64,000 nucleotides of DNA. It comes from Cyanophyceae cyanobacterium (GTDB lineage Bacteria; Cyanobacteriota; Cyanobacteriia; Cyanobacteriales; Laspinemataceae). Both the position numbers and the translations under genes were made by a program. The stretch lies in the NCBI GenBank assembly GCA_038321985.1, contig JBBQFN010000001.1:256001-320000 (forward strand), given 5' to 3'. Positions 40,739-50,168 of the stretch are shown here, in pieces (positions within the stretch are counted from its first letter, which is position 1; the number at the start of each line of letters is the position of its first letter). Below the pieces are notes generated by a model that saw only the letters and a program-made list of their open reading frames with translations, was not told where the DNA came from and made no database searches.

Positions 40739-42085
40739 TTATATACTATCAGTAGTGCTAGTGAAGTTAAAGGCTTTGACGCGCACACCGGGAACGACAC
40801 TACCGCCAAAGCGTTGCACAGTGGTGAGGGCATCCACATCCCGCAACATTTCGGGTAAACTTTGATTAAAACGCAGGTTTTCGATGGGATAGGCAATTGC
40901 TCCATCTTCAATCCAGAATGTACCATCCCGGGTCATTCCGGTAACTTCTAAGGTGCGCGGATTGATATAGCGCACATACCAAGCCCGACTAACCAGGATG
41001 CCTTGTTGAGTTTGGGCAATTAAGTCGGCTATACTTGCCTCCCCACCTGTCATGGCAATGGGATACATCATCCCGGTGGGTTGTTTGTCTTGCTGTTGCG
41101 CCCAATATCGACTGTAGGAGAGGGTTTGGGGAATACCTTTTGTGATGATATCCAGAGGATTATTACTCAATCCATCATCAAAAAAAGTGCCTGCCTGCAA
41201 TAAGGGATGGGCGGGATTACGCTGGACTTGTACCAAGGGGCTAAACATTGTTTCTCCGACGCGATTGCCTGCGGATTTTCCGGCTGCATCGGTATGCGAC
41301 ATAAACGATCGCCCTTCATCTGCTGCCCGTGCATCCAGATTCCAAATCAGCCAAGGCAGTAAGTCTGCAAAAGCTGCTGCATCAAAGATGACGGGATAAA
41401 CACCGGGTTTGATTTTGCGGGGAGACTGCGAGGCAAGAGAACGGGCGATCGCCTGTTCAGTCATTTCGGCGATCGGTAAGCGCTCAATTGCAAAAGCAGT
41501 GCGACGATTCCAACTCGATCCCTTGCTAATTTTAGCAGTTAAGCTGAAATCTGCCTCAGTTGTGCGATCGCTTGCCAATATCCCCAAAGAATTGCCGATC
41601 GCCCGAATCGTGGCAGAAACACTCAGGGTCCCCGAACTTTCTACCCCTGATTGTGCTGCCTTCTCACAAACTTGTTTGACCATTTCTCCTCGCCGCAGGG
41701 GAGAAACCGTGGCAGTAGCATCATCAAAGGCAGGAATCCGGCGATCGTAGGGTTGCGGTTCCAGGAGAGGAACCCACTCCGGGTCCTCGGGGGCAATTCG
41801 GGCGAGTTCTTCGGATTGGCGCAGGGTTGTGGCGATCGCCTCCGGATCTTCTTCAGAAGTAGACGCCGAAGCACTCCGCTTGCCAAAATAACTGGTAATC
41901 GTGAGATTAAACCGATTGCGACTAATATTCTGGGTAATTTGATTCTCGGAAAACCGACTCAGGGAAGATTCCCCATCACTCAGACTCACAAAAACGCCTT
42001 CTGCTTGGGATTGCTTCAGGGTCGATTCCACCAAGGATAAAGCTTGGTCCTCACTCATTAAAATGGGGGCAGTTGCTGGGGTCAT
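40739..42085 (-). CDS. TldE/PmbA-like non-catalytic subunit
   Basis: SRFSENQITQN, DARAADEGRS, TGMTRDGTFWIEDG..NLRFNQS; no HExxxH motif. Confidence 0.88.
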   Translation of the reverse strand: MTPATAPILMSEDQALSLVESTLKQSQAEGVFVSLSDGESSLSRFSENQITQNISRNRFNLTITSYFGKRSASASTSEEDPEAIATTLRQSEELARIAPEDPEWVPLLEPQPYDRRIPAFDDATATVSPLRRGEMVKQVCEKAAQSGVESSGTLSVSATIRAIGNSLGILASDRTTEADFSLTAKISKGSSWNRRTAFAIERLPIAEMTEQAIARSLASQSPRKIKPGVYPVIFDAAAFADLLPWLIWNLDARAADEGRSFMSHTDAAGKSAGNRVGETMFSPLVQVQRNPAHPLLQAGTFFDDGLSNNPLDIITKGIPQTLSYSRYWAQQQDKQPTGMMYPIAMTGGEASIADLIAQTQQGILVSRAWYVRYINPRTLEVTGMTRDGTFWIEDGAIAYPIENLRFNQSLPEMLRDVDALTTVQRFGGSVVPGVRVKAFNFTSTTDSI

Positions 42086-42121
42086 AAGCGTTTTAGAGTT
42101 TAGATTTTATATTATATTTTA

Positions 42122-42199
42122 TCACTTGGGATGAGATTCCCCCGAAACCATATATTTAATCAAAACATTCATATCTAAACAAAGGGTTTTACTCATCAT
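42122..42199 (-). pseudogene. Truncated VapC/PIN toxin start
   Basis: Overlaps the antitoxin stop; MMSKTLCLDMNVLIKYMVSGESHPK* matches the PIN N-terminal LDxxVLIK strand-helix and then terminates. Confidence 0.6.
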
Positions 42200-42425
42200 C
42201 TTTCCCTTCTCTAAGCTGACGAATCAATTCGGTATCATCCGGTTGGGGCGGTAGTTCTTTGTTAAGGGCTAGAATTTTTTGATTGGCGGCTAATCCTTTC
42301 CGGCGTCGCACTTCCCGATCCAATGCGAGGATGACGACATCATTTAAAGTTTCATCGGGACTACTCAGGCGTTGGGCGTTTCCGAGGAGTTTTTGGGGAA
42401 TATTAAGGGTTACAGACTCTTCCAT
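42189..42425 (-). CDS. Orphan ribbon-helix-helix-type antitoxin
   Basis: 78 aa; VTLNIPQKLL..TLNDVVILALDREVRRR, C-terminal ELIRQLREG; followed by a PIN remnant. Confidence 0.72.
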   Translation of the reverse strand: MEESVTLNIPQKLLGNAQRLSSPDETLNDVVILALDREVRRRKGLAANQKILALNKELPPQPDDTELIRQLREGKDDE

Positions 42426-42529
42426 CGCTAATCACCAATTAGGATAACTCTAAAATACCACAATTTGAAGTTGATTAGTTGCCGATCGCCCCACCTTATC
42501 AATCTAGGATTTCCAGTTAAGTAGCGGCG

Positions 42530-42596
42530 AGAAACCGGGTTTTTTGCCCCTAACTCTGATAAGTTATCGAAACTTTTTGCTAGAAACTTGTTTTTT
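42530..42596. repeat. Paired AGAAACC.GGTTT palindrome element (second copy)
   Basis: Same 52-bp start-to-start spacing as 8818-8884. Confidence 0.55.
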
Positions 42597-42733
42597 TGTG
42601 CCTTTACCAATAATATTCTGGGTTCCGTAGGCGATCGCCACCCTAATCGACTATAACTAAATAATTGATCGCCGTAGAGAGTTTATCCTAGCTACGGTAC
42701 TGGTTAATTTACTGTATCGCATGGCACCGATGT

Positions 42734-43327
42734 ATGGCTACAGAGTCGTTTGAGAAAAATAGTATGGGTTGGCAGATCCAACTCATTCTCCAAAACATAT
42801 CCGAGTGGTGGGAACTACAAACCGCTAAGATTGAACTTCCGGAATTTCCAGCGGCGGAAATTCCAGGTTTGGATCAACTGGTAAGGTTTGTAGGATGGGC
42901 GATCGCCTTGTTACTGTTATCCTGGTTCCTATGGCGTCTTTCTGATATTTTAGGACCTTATATTTATAGGGCATTCAATCCCGTAACTCCTGGTAAGAGG
43001 AAAGAAACTCCTCTGATAAAAAATTTATCGGTTGAAAGGTGGTTGAAGCGATCGCGCCAACTTCAAAGTCGCGGCCATTACGGCGAAGCCTGTCGCTGTT
43101 TATATATGGCAATGCTACAGCGTTTGAATGATAAAAGTATTATTCCTCACCAACCCCATCTCACTGACCGCGAATATCAGACATTACTCCAGCAAGAAAT
43201 GTCCATTAATGCTTATCAAAAGCTGCTACAAACTCACGAACAATTTTACTTTGATAATCGGGATATTACTTCAGATATGTTAAGTGAATGCCAGAAAGCA
43301 TATCGAGAAATTGAGAGGAAATCATGA
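42734..43327 (+). CDS. DUF4129 domain membrane protein
   Basis: One TM, then GHYGEACRCLYMAMLQRL..LTDREY; first gene of the MoxR operon. Confidence 0.85.
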   Translation: MATESFEKNSMGWQIQLILQNISEWWELQTAKIELPEFPAAEIPGLDQLVRFVGWAIALLLLSWFLWRLSDILGPYIYRAFNPVTPGKRKETPLIKNLSVERWLKRSRQLQSRGHYGEACRCLYMAMLQRLNDKSIIPHQPHLTDREYQTLLQQEMSINAYQKLLQTHEQFYFDNRDITSDMLSECQKAYREIERKS

Positions 43328-44451
43328 TTTTTTCTAAGCGTAAGTTAGGGATATTTGCGGCCCTGGTGATCGGGGCGATCGCCCTCCTTACTTTGGTAAT
43401 GGCACCGGCTACCAGTGGGAAAATTAATAGCGGGTCAACTTACCGACTGGCTGCCGATGGATATGGCGCATGGTACGCTTATATGCAAGCCCGAGAAGCC
43501 CCTATTCAACGGTGGGAAAAACCCGGCATTGAATTAATCGAAAGCGAAGAAATTGATACTCCCGTTACGTTCCTTCAAGTGGACAGTCAGTTTACCCGTG
43601 GAGGGCAAGGGAGACTCGATGCAACTTTTCTTTCAGAATCAGAAAAAAGCTGGATAAGAAAAGGCAACAATTTAGTTATTTTAGGGGTGAAAAATCCGGT
43701 TACCGAAGCTCAATTTAGCAGCCTTCAAAAAAGCTCTTTTGGTCCAATAAAAATTGATACCCGGAGACGACGCCGTAACCCGAACGAAATTTTATTAGGG
43801 GATGAATTCGGGGGGATTGTTTGGCAGGAAAATATCGGACAAGGAAAAGCGATTTATGCCACTACTCCCTATTTAGCTGCTAATGCTTATCAAAATGTAC
43901 CGGGAAACTATGAATTTTTAGCGAGTTTGGTGACTGAAGGCAGTCGCCCAATCTGGGTTGATGAATATTCCCACGGCTATAAAGATAGGGAAGTAATCGA
44001 ACGCGAACAAAGACAGACTTTAGCCCATTATTTCTTTCAGACTCCCTTATTCCCTGTATTTGTCCAGTTTATAGTTTTAATCGGTGTCTTAATTTTGGCA
44101 AAAAATTGGCGATTTGGGCAACCGGATCGAGTATCTTCACCAGGGGTAGAAAATAGCCAAGCTTATATCCAGGCATTAGGAGGAGTCTTGCAAAAAGCAG
44201 GCCGTCATGATTTTATAGTAGAGGTGGTGGGGAAAGAAGAACAATTGCAACTGCAAAAAGCATTAGGATTGGGTCAAGTTCCCCTGGATTATGAAACCTT
44301 AGCGCAAGCTTGGGCCGAAAAAACCGGGCGTCCGCAAACGGAATTAATGCACCAGTTGCAAGTTCTTTCTAAAACTCGTCGCCTTCGAGAGTTAGACTTG
44401 CTACGCTGGGTGAAAAAATGGGCGGCAATTCGTCGGGGTATTTCATTTTAA
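43324..44451 (+). CDS. DUF4350 domain membrane protein
   Basis: N-terminal TM, GSTY...GYGAWY, VDEYSHGY, second TM, RFG; ATGA overlap with the upstream gene. Confidence 0.85.
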   Translation: MIFSKRKLGIFAALVIGAIALLTLVMAPATSGKINSGSTYRLAADGYGAWYAYMQAREAPIQRWEKPGIELIESEEIDTPVTFLQVDSQFTRGGQGRLDATFLSESEKSWIRKGNNLVILGVKNPVTEAQFSSLQKSSFGPIKIDTRRRRRNPNEILLGDEFGGIVWQENIGQGKAIYATTPYLAANAYQNVPGNYEFLASLVTEGSRPIWVDEYSHGYKDREVIEREQRQTLAHYFFQTPLFPVFVQFIVLIGVLILAKNWRFGQPDRVSSPGVENSQAYIQALGGVLQKAGRHDFIVEVVGKEEQLQLQKALGLGQVPLDYETLAQAWAEKTGRPQTELMHQLQVLSKTRRLRELDLLRWVKKWAAIRRGISF

Positions 44452-44469
44452 GGGTTAGGTATTCAAAAC

Positions 44470-45420
44470 ATGAGTGAAACAAGGGTAATTTTAACCCGCT
44501 TGGGTCAAGCATTAGACAAAATTGTGGTCGGGCAAGCGGTGGTGGTCCAGCAATTGCTGGTGGCCTTGTTAGCCGGGGGTCATGTCATTATTGAAGGGGT
44601 ACCCGGCACGGGAAAAACGTTATTAGTGAAGGTGTTAGCCCAGTTAATTCAAGCGGATTTCCGCCGAATTCAACTAACACCGGATATCTTGCCTTCAGAT
44701 ATCGTAGGAACTAATATTTTTGACATGAATACTAGCAGTTTTACCCTAAAGCGAGGGCCTGTTTTTACAGAAATTTTACTGGCGGATGAAATTAACAGAA
44801 CTCCCCCTAAAACTCAATCGGCACTGTTAGAAGCGATGGAAGAACAACAGGTCACGTTAGATGGAGAAAGTTTACAGTTACCGGACCTATTCTGGACGAT
44901 CGCCACTCAAAACCCCTTGGAATTTGAAGCCACTTATCCCCTGCCAGAAGCGCAACTTGATCGCTTTTTATTTAAACTGGTGGTAGATTATCCCGACCCG
45001 GCAGCAGAAAAGCAAATGTTGCTCAATTCTCAGGCCGGATTTCAAGCAAAACGCCTAGAATTGTCAAAAATAAAACCCTTAGCAACGGTGCAGGAAATTC
45101 TTAATGCCCGAGAGCAAGTTAAGGGAGTTAAAGTAGCTGAAAATATAATAGATTATGTGTTAGCTTTGGTCCAGCGATCGCGAAAATTACCGGATTTAGC
45201 ATTAGGTGCATCCCCGCGATCGGCAGTCGCTTGGTTGCAAACCAGTAAAGCACAGGCTTGGTTAAATGAGCGTGATTATGTTACCCCCGATGATGTAAAA
45301 GCGGTAGCCTTTCCCTTACTGCGCCATCGGTTTATTCTCAAACCGGAAGCTCTTCTCGATAGCGTACAAATTGAGAGTGTGGTTACTTCTCTTCTCCAAC
45401 AAGTTGCGGTTCCCAGGTAA
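44470..45420 (+). CDS. MoxR-family AAA+ ATPase
   Basis: EGVPGTGKT, RIQLTPDILPSD, LADEINR, ATQNPLE, YPLPEAQLDRF, GASPR. Confidence 0.95.
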   Translation: MSETRVILTRLGQALDKIVVGQAVVVQQLLVALLAGGHVIIEGVPGTGKTLLVKVLAQLIQADFRRIQLTPDILPSDIVGTNIFDMNTSSFTLKRGPVFTEILLADEINRTPPKTQSALLEAMEEQQVTLDGESLQLPDLFWTIATQNPLEFEATYPLPEAQLDRFLFKLVVDYPDPAAEKQMLLNSQAGFQAKRLELSKIKPLATVQEILNAREQVKGVKVAENIIDYVLALVQRSRKLPDLALGASPRSAVAWLQTSKAQAWLNERDYVTPDDVKAVAFPLLRHRFILKPEALLDSVQIESVVTSLLQQVAVPR

Positions 45421-45558
45421 GGGGTTGGGAATAATAAAGTGTGAGGGAGGAAGGATTAACTTTTCCCCTAGATGCCTTCATCTTTTCCGGTTTTATTATT
45501 TCCCTTCTTCTTATTTAAGATAAATGACCACTAATTCAAAACAAAAGATAGGTTTTTC

Positions 45559-46869
45559 ATGATTCCATCTAAATTGTTGTATTTATTATTAGGACTAGGA
45601 ATAATAATCGCTCTAGTGATAGCGATTTTATGGAATCCTAAAGCAAGTATTGTAATAACATTACTATTTGATTTAATAATTTTAGGAGTGGCTTTTATTG
45701 ATAGTCAGCGGGGGCGACAATATCGGGTTGAGGTGACGCGCGATCCTCTCGGGAAATTATCAATTGGACGGGACAATCCGGTAGTGCTTTCTGTACAGTC
45801 GCGACAAAAATCGGCTGTGATTATGATTGGAGACTGCTATCCTACAGCATTTGAAGTGTCTGCGCCGCACTTGCAAACCACCGTAGCAGCGAATACTACC
45901 CAAGAACTCACTTATACCGTCAAACCTAGCAAGCGGGGGGAGTACGAGTGGGGGAATATACAAGTGCGGCAGTTGAGTCCCTGGGGTTTGGCGTGGTTGG
46001 ATTGGACCATTCCGGCATCGGTGAAAGTGCCAGTTTACCCCGATTTAGTGGGATTGCGATCGCTGACGATTCGTCTGGCGTTACAGTCTACGGGTACCAT
46101 GCGGCAACGGATGCGCCGCCTCGGGAATGGCACAGAATTTGCTGAATTGCGGGAATATAGCATAGGAGATGATACACGCCTAATTGATTGGAAAGCCACG
46201 GCGCGTCGTCATCGCCCTCTAGTGCGAGTGTTAGAACCGGAACGAGAGCAAACTCTGTTGATTTTACTCGATCGCGGGCGGTTGATGACAGCACAGGTGC
46301 AGGGGATGCAGCGTTTTGACTGGGGGTTGAATGCCACTTTATCTTTAGTGTTAGCGGGGTTAAATCGAGGCGATCGCGTCGGGGTTGCCGTCTTTGATCG
46401 AGACATTCATACTTGGATTCCCCCCGCACAAGGTTCACGTCAAATGCCTCACTTAATTGAACGTCTCACTCCTATTCAACCGGCGTTACTCGAACCTGAC
46501 TATATGGGTGCCGTCACCCGAGTGGTGTCCCAGCAAACCCGCAGGGCGTTGGTTGTAGTGATTACGGATATTGTAGATGCCACGGCATCCTCGGAACTTC
46601 TCGGGGCTTTGCAACACCTCACCCCGCGTTACTTACCCTTTTGTGTCACTCTACGCGATCCTCAAGTAGACCAAATTGCTCACACTTCCACGGCAGAACT
46701 TGACACAACCTATTCCCGTGCAGTAGCCTTAAATTTATTATCTCACCGTCAATTGGTTTTTGCCAATTTAAAGCAAAAAGGCGTTTTAGTTTTAGATGCC
46801 CCAGCCCATTTAATTAGCGATCAATTGGTTGACCGCTATCTGCAACTTAAAGCAAGAAACTTATTATAA
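45559..46869 (+). CDS. DUF58 (vWA-like) protein
   Basis: GTEFAELREYSIGDD..IDWKATAR, LLDRGRLM, VVITD. Confidence 0.92.
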   Translation: MIPSKLLYLLLGLGIIIALVIAILWNPKASIVITLLFDLIILGVAFIDSQRGRQYRVEVTRDPLGKLSIGRDNPVVLSVQSRQKSAVIMIGDCYPTAFEVSAPHLQTTVAANTTQELTYTVKPSKRGEYEWGNIQVRQLSPWGLAWLDWTIPASVKVPVYPDLVGLRSLTIRLALQSTGTMRQRMRRLGNGTEFAELREYSIGDDTRLIDWKATARRHRPLVRVLEPEREQTLLILLDRGRLMTAQVQGMQRFDWGLNATLSLVLAGLNRGDRVGVAVFDRDIHTWIPPAQGSRQMPHLIERLTPIQPALLEPDYMGAVTRVVSQQTRRALVVVITDIVDATASSELLGALQHLTPRYLPFCVTLRDPQVDQIAHTSTAELDTTYSRAVALNLLSHRQLVFANLKQKGVLVLDAPAHLISDQLVDRYLQLKARNLL

Positions 46870-46910
46870 AAACTAGACTTGTTCTTTAAACTCTGCTCAT
46901 TAGGTTAATT

Positions 46911-46956
46911 AAAAGATAAATTTAAGTCTGGTTAATCAGTCCTAAATTTATCTTTT
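46911..46956. terminator. AT-rich inverted repeat between convergent DUF58 and SpoIIM-like genes
   Basis: 14-bp IR AAAAGATAAATTTA / TAAATTTATCTTTT. Confidence 0.45.
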
Positions 46957-47033
46957 GAGCCTTGTCTAGATTCAGGGTCTGCTTTGGGAATAATAAAAAA
47001 AATGGAATCATGAGAAAATAATCGAGCGGAATA

Positions 47034-47993
47034 TCACGGAGTTGGTTTTTTGCGACTGCAATAGCGGATTAATAAAGCAAATAATCCTATCCCCGCTAAA
47101 TATTTGAGAGAATCGGGAATACCCGGATTGGGCGAGAAAAATCCTTCAATTAACCCAGCTATAATTAACATGGGTACGACCCCAAATATCAATTTGGCGG
47201 CTTGATATCCATAAAATTGTAAAGCATCAATGCGACGATATTTACCGGGAAATAGTAGCCCTCTGCCAATTAGCAAACCAGCAGCACCCGCAAAGAAGAT
47301 GGCGGGTAATTCAAGGGAACCGTGAGGCCAAACAAAGGCCCAAAAAGGATAGGATAAATTATATTGCTCAACCAGAGTGGCGATCGCCCCAATATGAATC
47401 CCATTATAAACTAAAATAAACAGGGTATAAACTCCCCCGGTAATCCCTCCCCCAACCGCACCAAAGGAAACCAGGAGATTATTAATCGTGATACTGCTAG
47501 AGGCAAGGGGCTCGATACCGACGATGGAACCCATCCACAATTCCCCTTTATCTCGGACCATTTCAATGATATGGGGAGGTACAACAACTGCCATAAATAC
47601 AGGGTCTTGCCACCCATACCACCATGCCACCAAAGCACCGACTGCAAAGGTGGCAGTCGCTACCGCAATATATCCCCAGGTTTCCTGGACGATTGCCGGG
47701 AAACCCCAGCGCAAAAACTCCACAACCGCCCCCCATTCCTGTCGGCGAGACCCTTGATAAATTTGGTTATAACTGCGCGAAGTCAACTGTTGCAAGTCCT
47801 GGATTAACGTCATCCCCAGATTGTGAGTTCTCGCCCTTGCCAGGTCCGCTGAAACGGAGCGATATAAGCTCGCCAGTTCTTCAATTTCTAGCGCTTGCAG
47901 AGATTTTAATCCTTTTTTTTCGATCTGTCTCAATAATGTATCTAGTCTCTGCCAATTGGGTTCCCGCCGCGCCATCCACCGTTGAACATTCAT
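47034..47993 (-). CDS. SpoIIM/DUF95 family membrane protein
   Basis: LYRSVSADLARA, INN..VS, HGSLELPAI, AGLIEGFFSP. Start MNVQRW. Confidence 0.9.
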   Translation of the reverse strand: MNVQRWMARREPNWQRLDTLLRQIEKKGLKSLQALEIEELASLYRSVSADLARARTHNLGMTLIQDLQQLTSRSYNQIYQGSRRQEWGAVVEFLRWGFPAIVQETWGYIAVATATFAVGALVAWWYGWQDPVFMAVVVPPHIIEMVRDKGELWMGSIVGIEPLASSSITINNLLVSFGAVGGGITGGVYTLFILVYNGIHIGAIATLVEQYNLSYPFWAFVWPHGSLELPAIFFAGAAGLLIGRGLLFPGKYRRIDALQFYGYQAAKLIFGVVPMLIIAGLIEGFFSPNPGIPDSLKYLAGIGLFALLIRYCSRKKPTP

Positions 47994-48402
47994 AATATTT
48001 TTCAAAATTCCCTAACTCTCTCTATCCAGTCTAAATCATTCCCGAACTCCGAGGGCCAACAATTTTTAAAACTGTAAACCTGTGTCCAGAAGCCTAATTT
48101 AAAATTTTGATTTTAGGGGGGTTGCGATCGCTTTTTTCGGTTATCTATTATACAAATCAAAATAACCCCTTAGAGCGCGTTCCAATTATCTTTCCCAGTT
48201 TAACCGGCGATCGCAACTATTCCCTCCCCACTATCCCAGTCGCTGGTACCCCGCTTCTATCTCGCCTCTAACCCTCATTCATGTGCTGGGTATCGCCAGA
48301 TCCAGCTTTGAAGGTTTATTCTAAACTTTTCCTATAGATTTTGCTGTTCTCGTCCCCGATAGCCTTAAACTAAATTCATCAATCCATTGGAGATCTGGAG
48401 TT

Positions 48403-49239
48403 ATGCCTCGAAATCTGAATTCAGATGCAAGGATAGGTCCCTTGAGTGTGGGAAATATCGTCAGTGGAAGCCTACGGCTGTATCGGGACCACTTTAAACA
48501 ATACTATACTTTAGCATTGCTCGGCTCTGTGTGGGTTGCGGTTCCAATTTATGGGTGGGCCAAATATGCGGCTATGCATGGATTAATTGCGCGTCTAGCC
48601 TTTAAAGAAGTGATCGAACGTCCCGAAACAGTGGAGGAGGCACGGCGTTACACTGAGCCTCGGCTGTGGAGTTTTTTAGGGGTGAGCTTGTTAGTGGGTC
48701 TAATCTCCTATGGCGTCATTTTATTAGGAGGGATAGCGGTTGGTATTGTCTTGGGAATCGCAGGCGCTATTTTGGGAGTAAATAATCCCCTATTAGCGAT
48801 TTTGCTTTCCGTGGTATTGGGGTTATTTTTAATCAGTTTATTGGTCTGGCTTTACGCCCGATTATCCATTGCAGAACTGCCGATCGCCCTAGAAAATAAT
48901 GTGGAAAATACTAAAGCCCTCAGTCGAAGCTGGAATTTAACGAAAGGATTCGTCATTCAGTTACTCGGTGTCTATCTAGTCGCCTCGCTAATTTCTGTGC
49001 CCATGGTGGTTGTGTTGCAGTTGTTAATGTTTATTATTCAAGGAATTTTGACTGCCTTCCTGGGAAACCTACCTAACGCGGAAGCGGTGCTGTTCTTGAT
49101 TTCCCTGGAATTAAGTATTATTGCAAGTTCAATTTTAATCCCTTTTTGGCAAGCGGTTAAAGCTCTTCTCTACTATGATATCCGCAGTCGGCGCGAAGGC
49201 ATGGATTTGGAGTTGGCAGATTCTCAGGATTGGAAATAA
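48403..49239 (+). CDS. Multi-TM membrane protein (DUF975/DUF7544-like)
   Basis: PLSVGNIVSGSLRLYR, ALSRSWNLTKG, LYYDIRSRREGMDL. Confidence 0.8.
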   Translation: MPRNLNSDARIGPLSVGNIVSGSLRLYRDHFKQYYTLALLGSVWVAVPIYGWAKYAAMHGLIARLAFKEVIERPETVEEARRYTEPRLWSFLGVSLLVGLISYGVILLGGIAVGIVLGIAGAILGVNNPLLAILLSVVLGLFLISLLVWLYARLSIAELPIALENNVENTKALSRSWNLTKGFVIQLLGVYLVASLISVPMVVVLQLLMFIIQGILTAFLGNLPNAEAVLFLISLELSIIASSILIPFWQAVKALLYYDIRSRREGMDLELADSQDWK

Positions 49240-49331
49240 AACTTGGGAGGTTCGCCCCATTTGAGGCGCAGTGGGGGAATTCTGAGTTTTATTAGGGATA
49301 AAATAGGCGCTTTCAAATCTAATCAACCCTC

Positions 49332-50144
49332 ATGAAATTATTTAATCAAATTCGACTCCAAACTCCAGAAAGTGTCGAACTGGAATTTACGTTAGCGGGA
49401 ATCGGTAACCGCGCCTACGCCCTAACCGTTGATTATTTGGTTTTGGCCTTAATTGAATTAGGCGTTTTATTGGGATGCTTTGCCGGATCGCTATGGTTAA
49501 GGGATATTATCCAAGATGCCTTCGGAACTGACCTTCGGGTGCAACAGTGGTTACTGGCGATTTTGCTGTTATCCATGTTTGCCATTTATATTGGGTATTT
49601 TATCTGGTTTGAAGTGTTTTGGCAGGGTCAAACCCCGGGGAAACGCCGGGTCAATATTCGAGTAATTCGCGATGATGGACGGCCTTGTGGTCTTCAACAA
49701 TCAACTCTCCGGGCGTTGTTGCGTCCCCTGGATGAAGTCCTTTTTATCGGCGCATTTTTGATTGCCTTAACTTCTCAGGAAAAGCGGTTAGGGGATTGGG
49801 TGGCGGGAACGGTAGTGATCCAAGAAAACCAGGCGATCGCCGAGTCCAATTTTACTCTCTCTGAAACTGCCCAATTGTTAAAAAATCAGTTAATAGAACT
49901 CGCTAACTTTTCAGGTTTACTGCCTGATGATTTTGCAATTATCCGCACCTATTTGCAACGCCGTAATCAGATGACAATGGAGGCCAGAACTAAAGTCAGC
50001 CGTCAGCTTGCCACTCAGGTTAAACAAATGATTGCCCTGGAAAGTTTACCACAAAAGGTCACGGCAGAGGAGTTTTTAGAGGCGGTTTATTTGGCCTATC
50101 AACATGAGCGATCGCCGAGTTCAAATCCTGATAATTTACCCTAA
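49332..50144 (+). CDS. RDD family membrane protein
   Basis: TPESVEL..AGIGNRAYALTVD, GQTPGKR, RLGDWVAGTVV. Confidence 0.92.
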   Translation: MKLFNQIRLQTPESVELEFTLAGIGNRAYALTVDYLVLALIELGVLLGCFAGSLWLRDIIQDAFGTDLRVQQWLLAILLLSMFAIYIGYFIWFEVFWQGQTPGKRRVNIRVIRDDGRPCGLQQSTLRALLRPLDEVLFIGAFLIALTSQEKRLGDWVAGTVVIQENQAIAESNFTLSETAQLLKNQLIELANFSGLLPDDFAIIRTYLQRRNQMTMEARTKVSRQLATQVKQMIALESLPQKVTAEEFLEAVYLAYQHERSPSSNPDNLP

Positions 50145-50168
50145 ATTATCTCAACAGAGCGTTAATCT

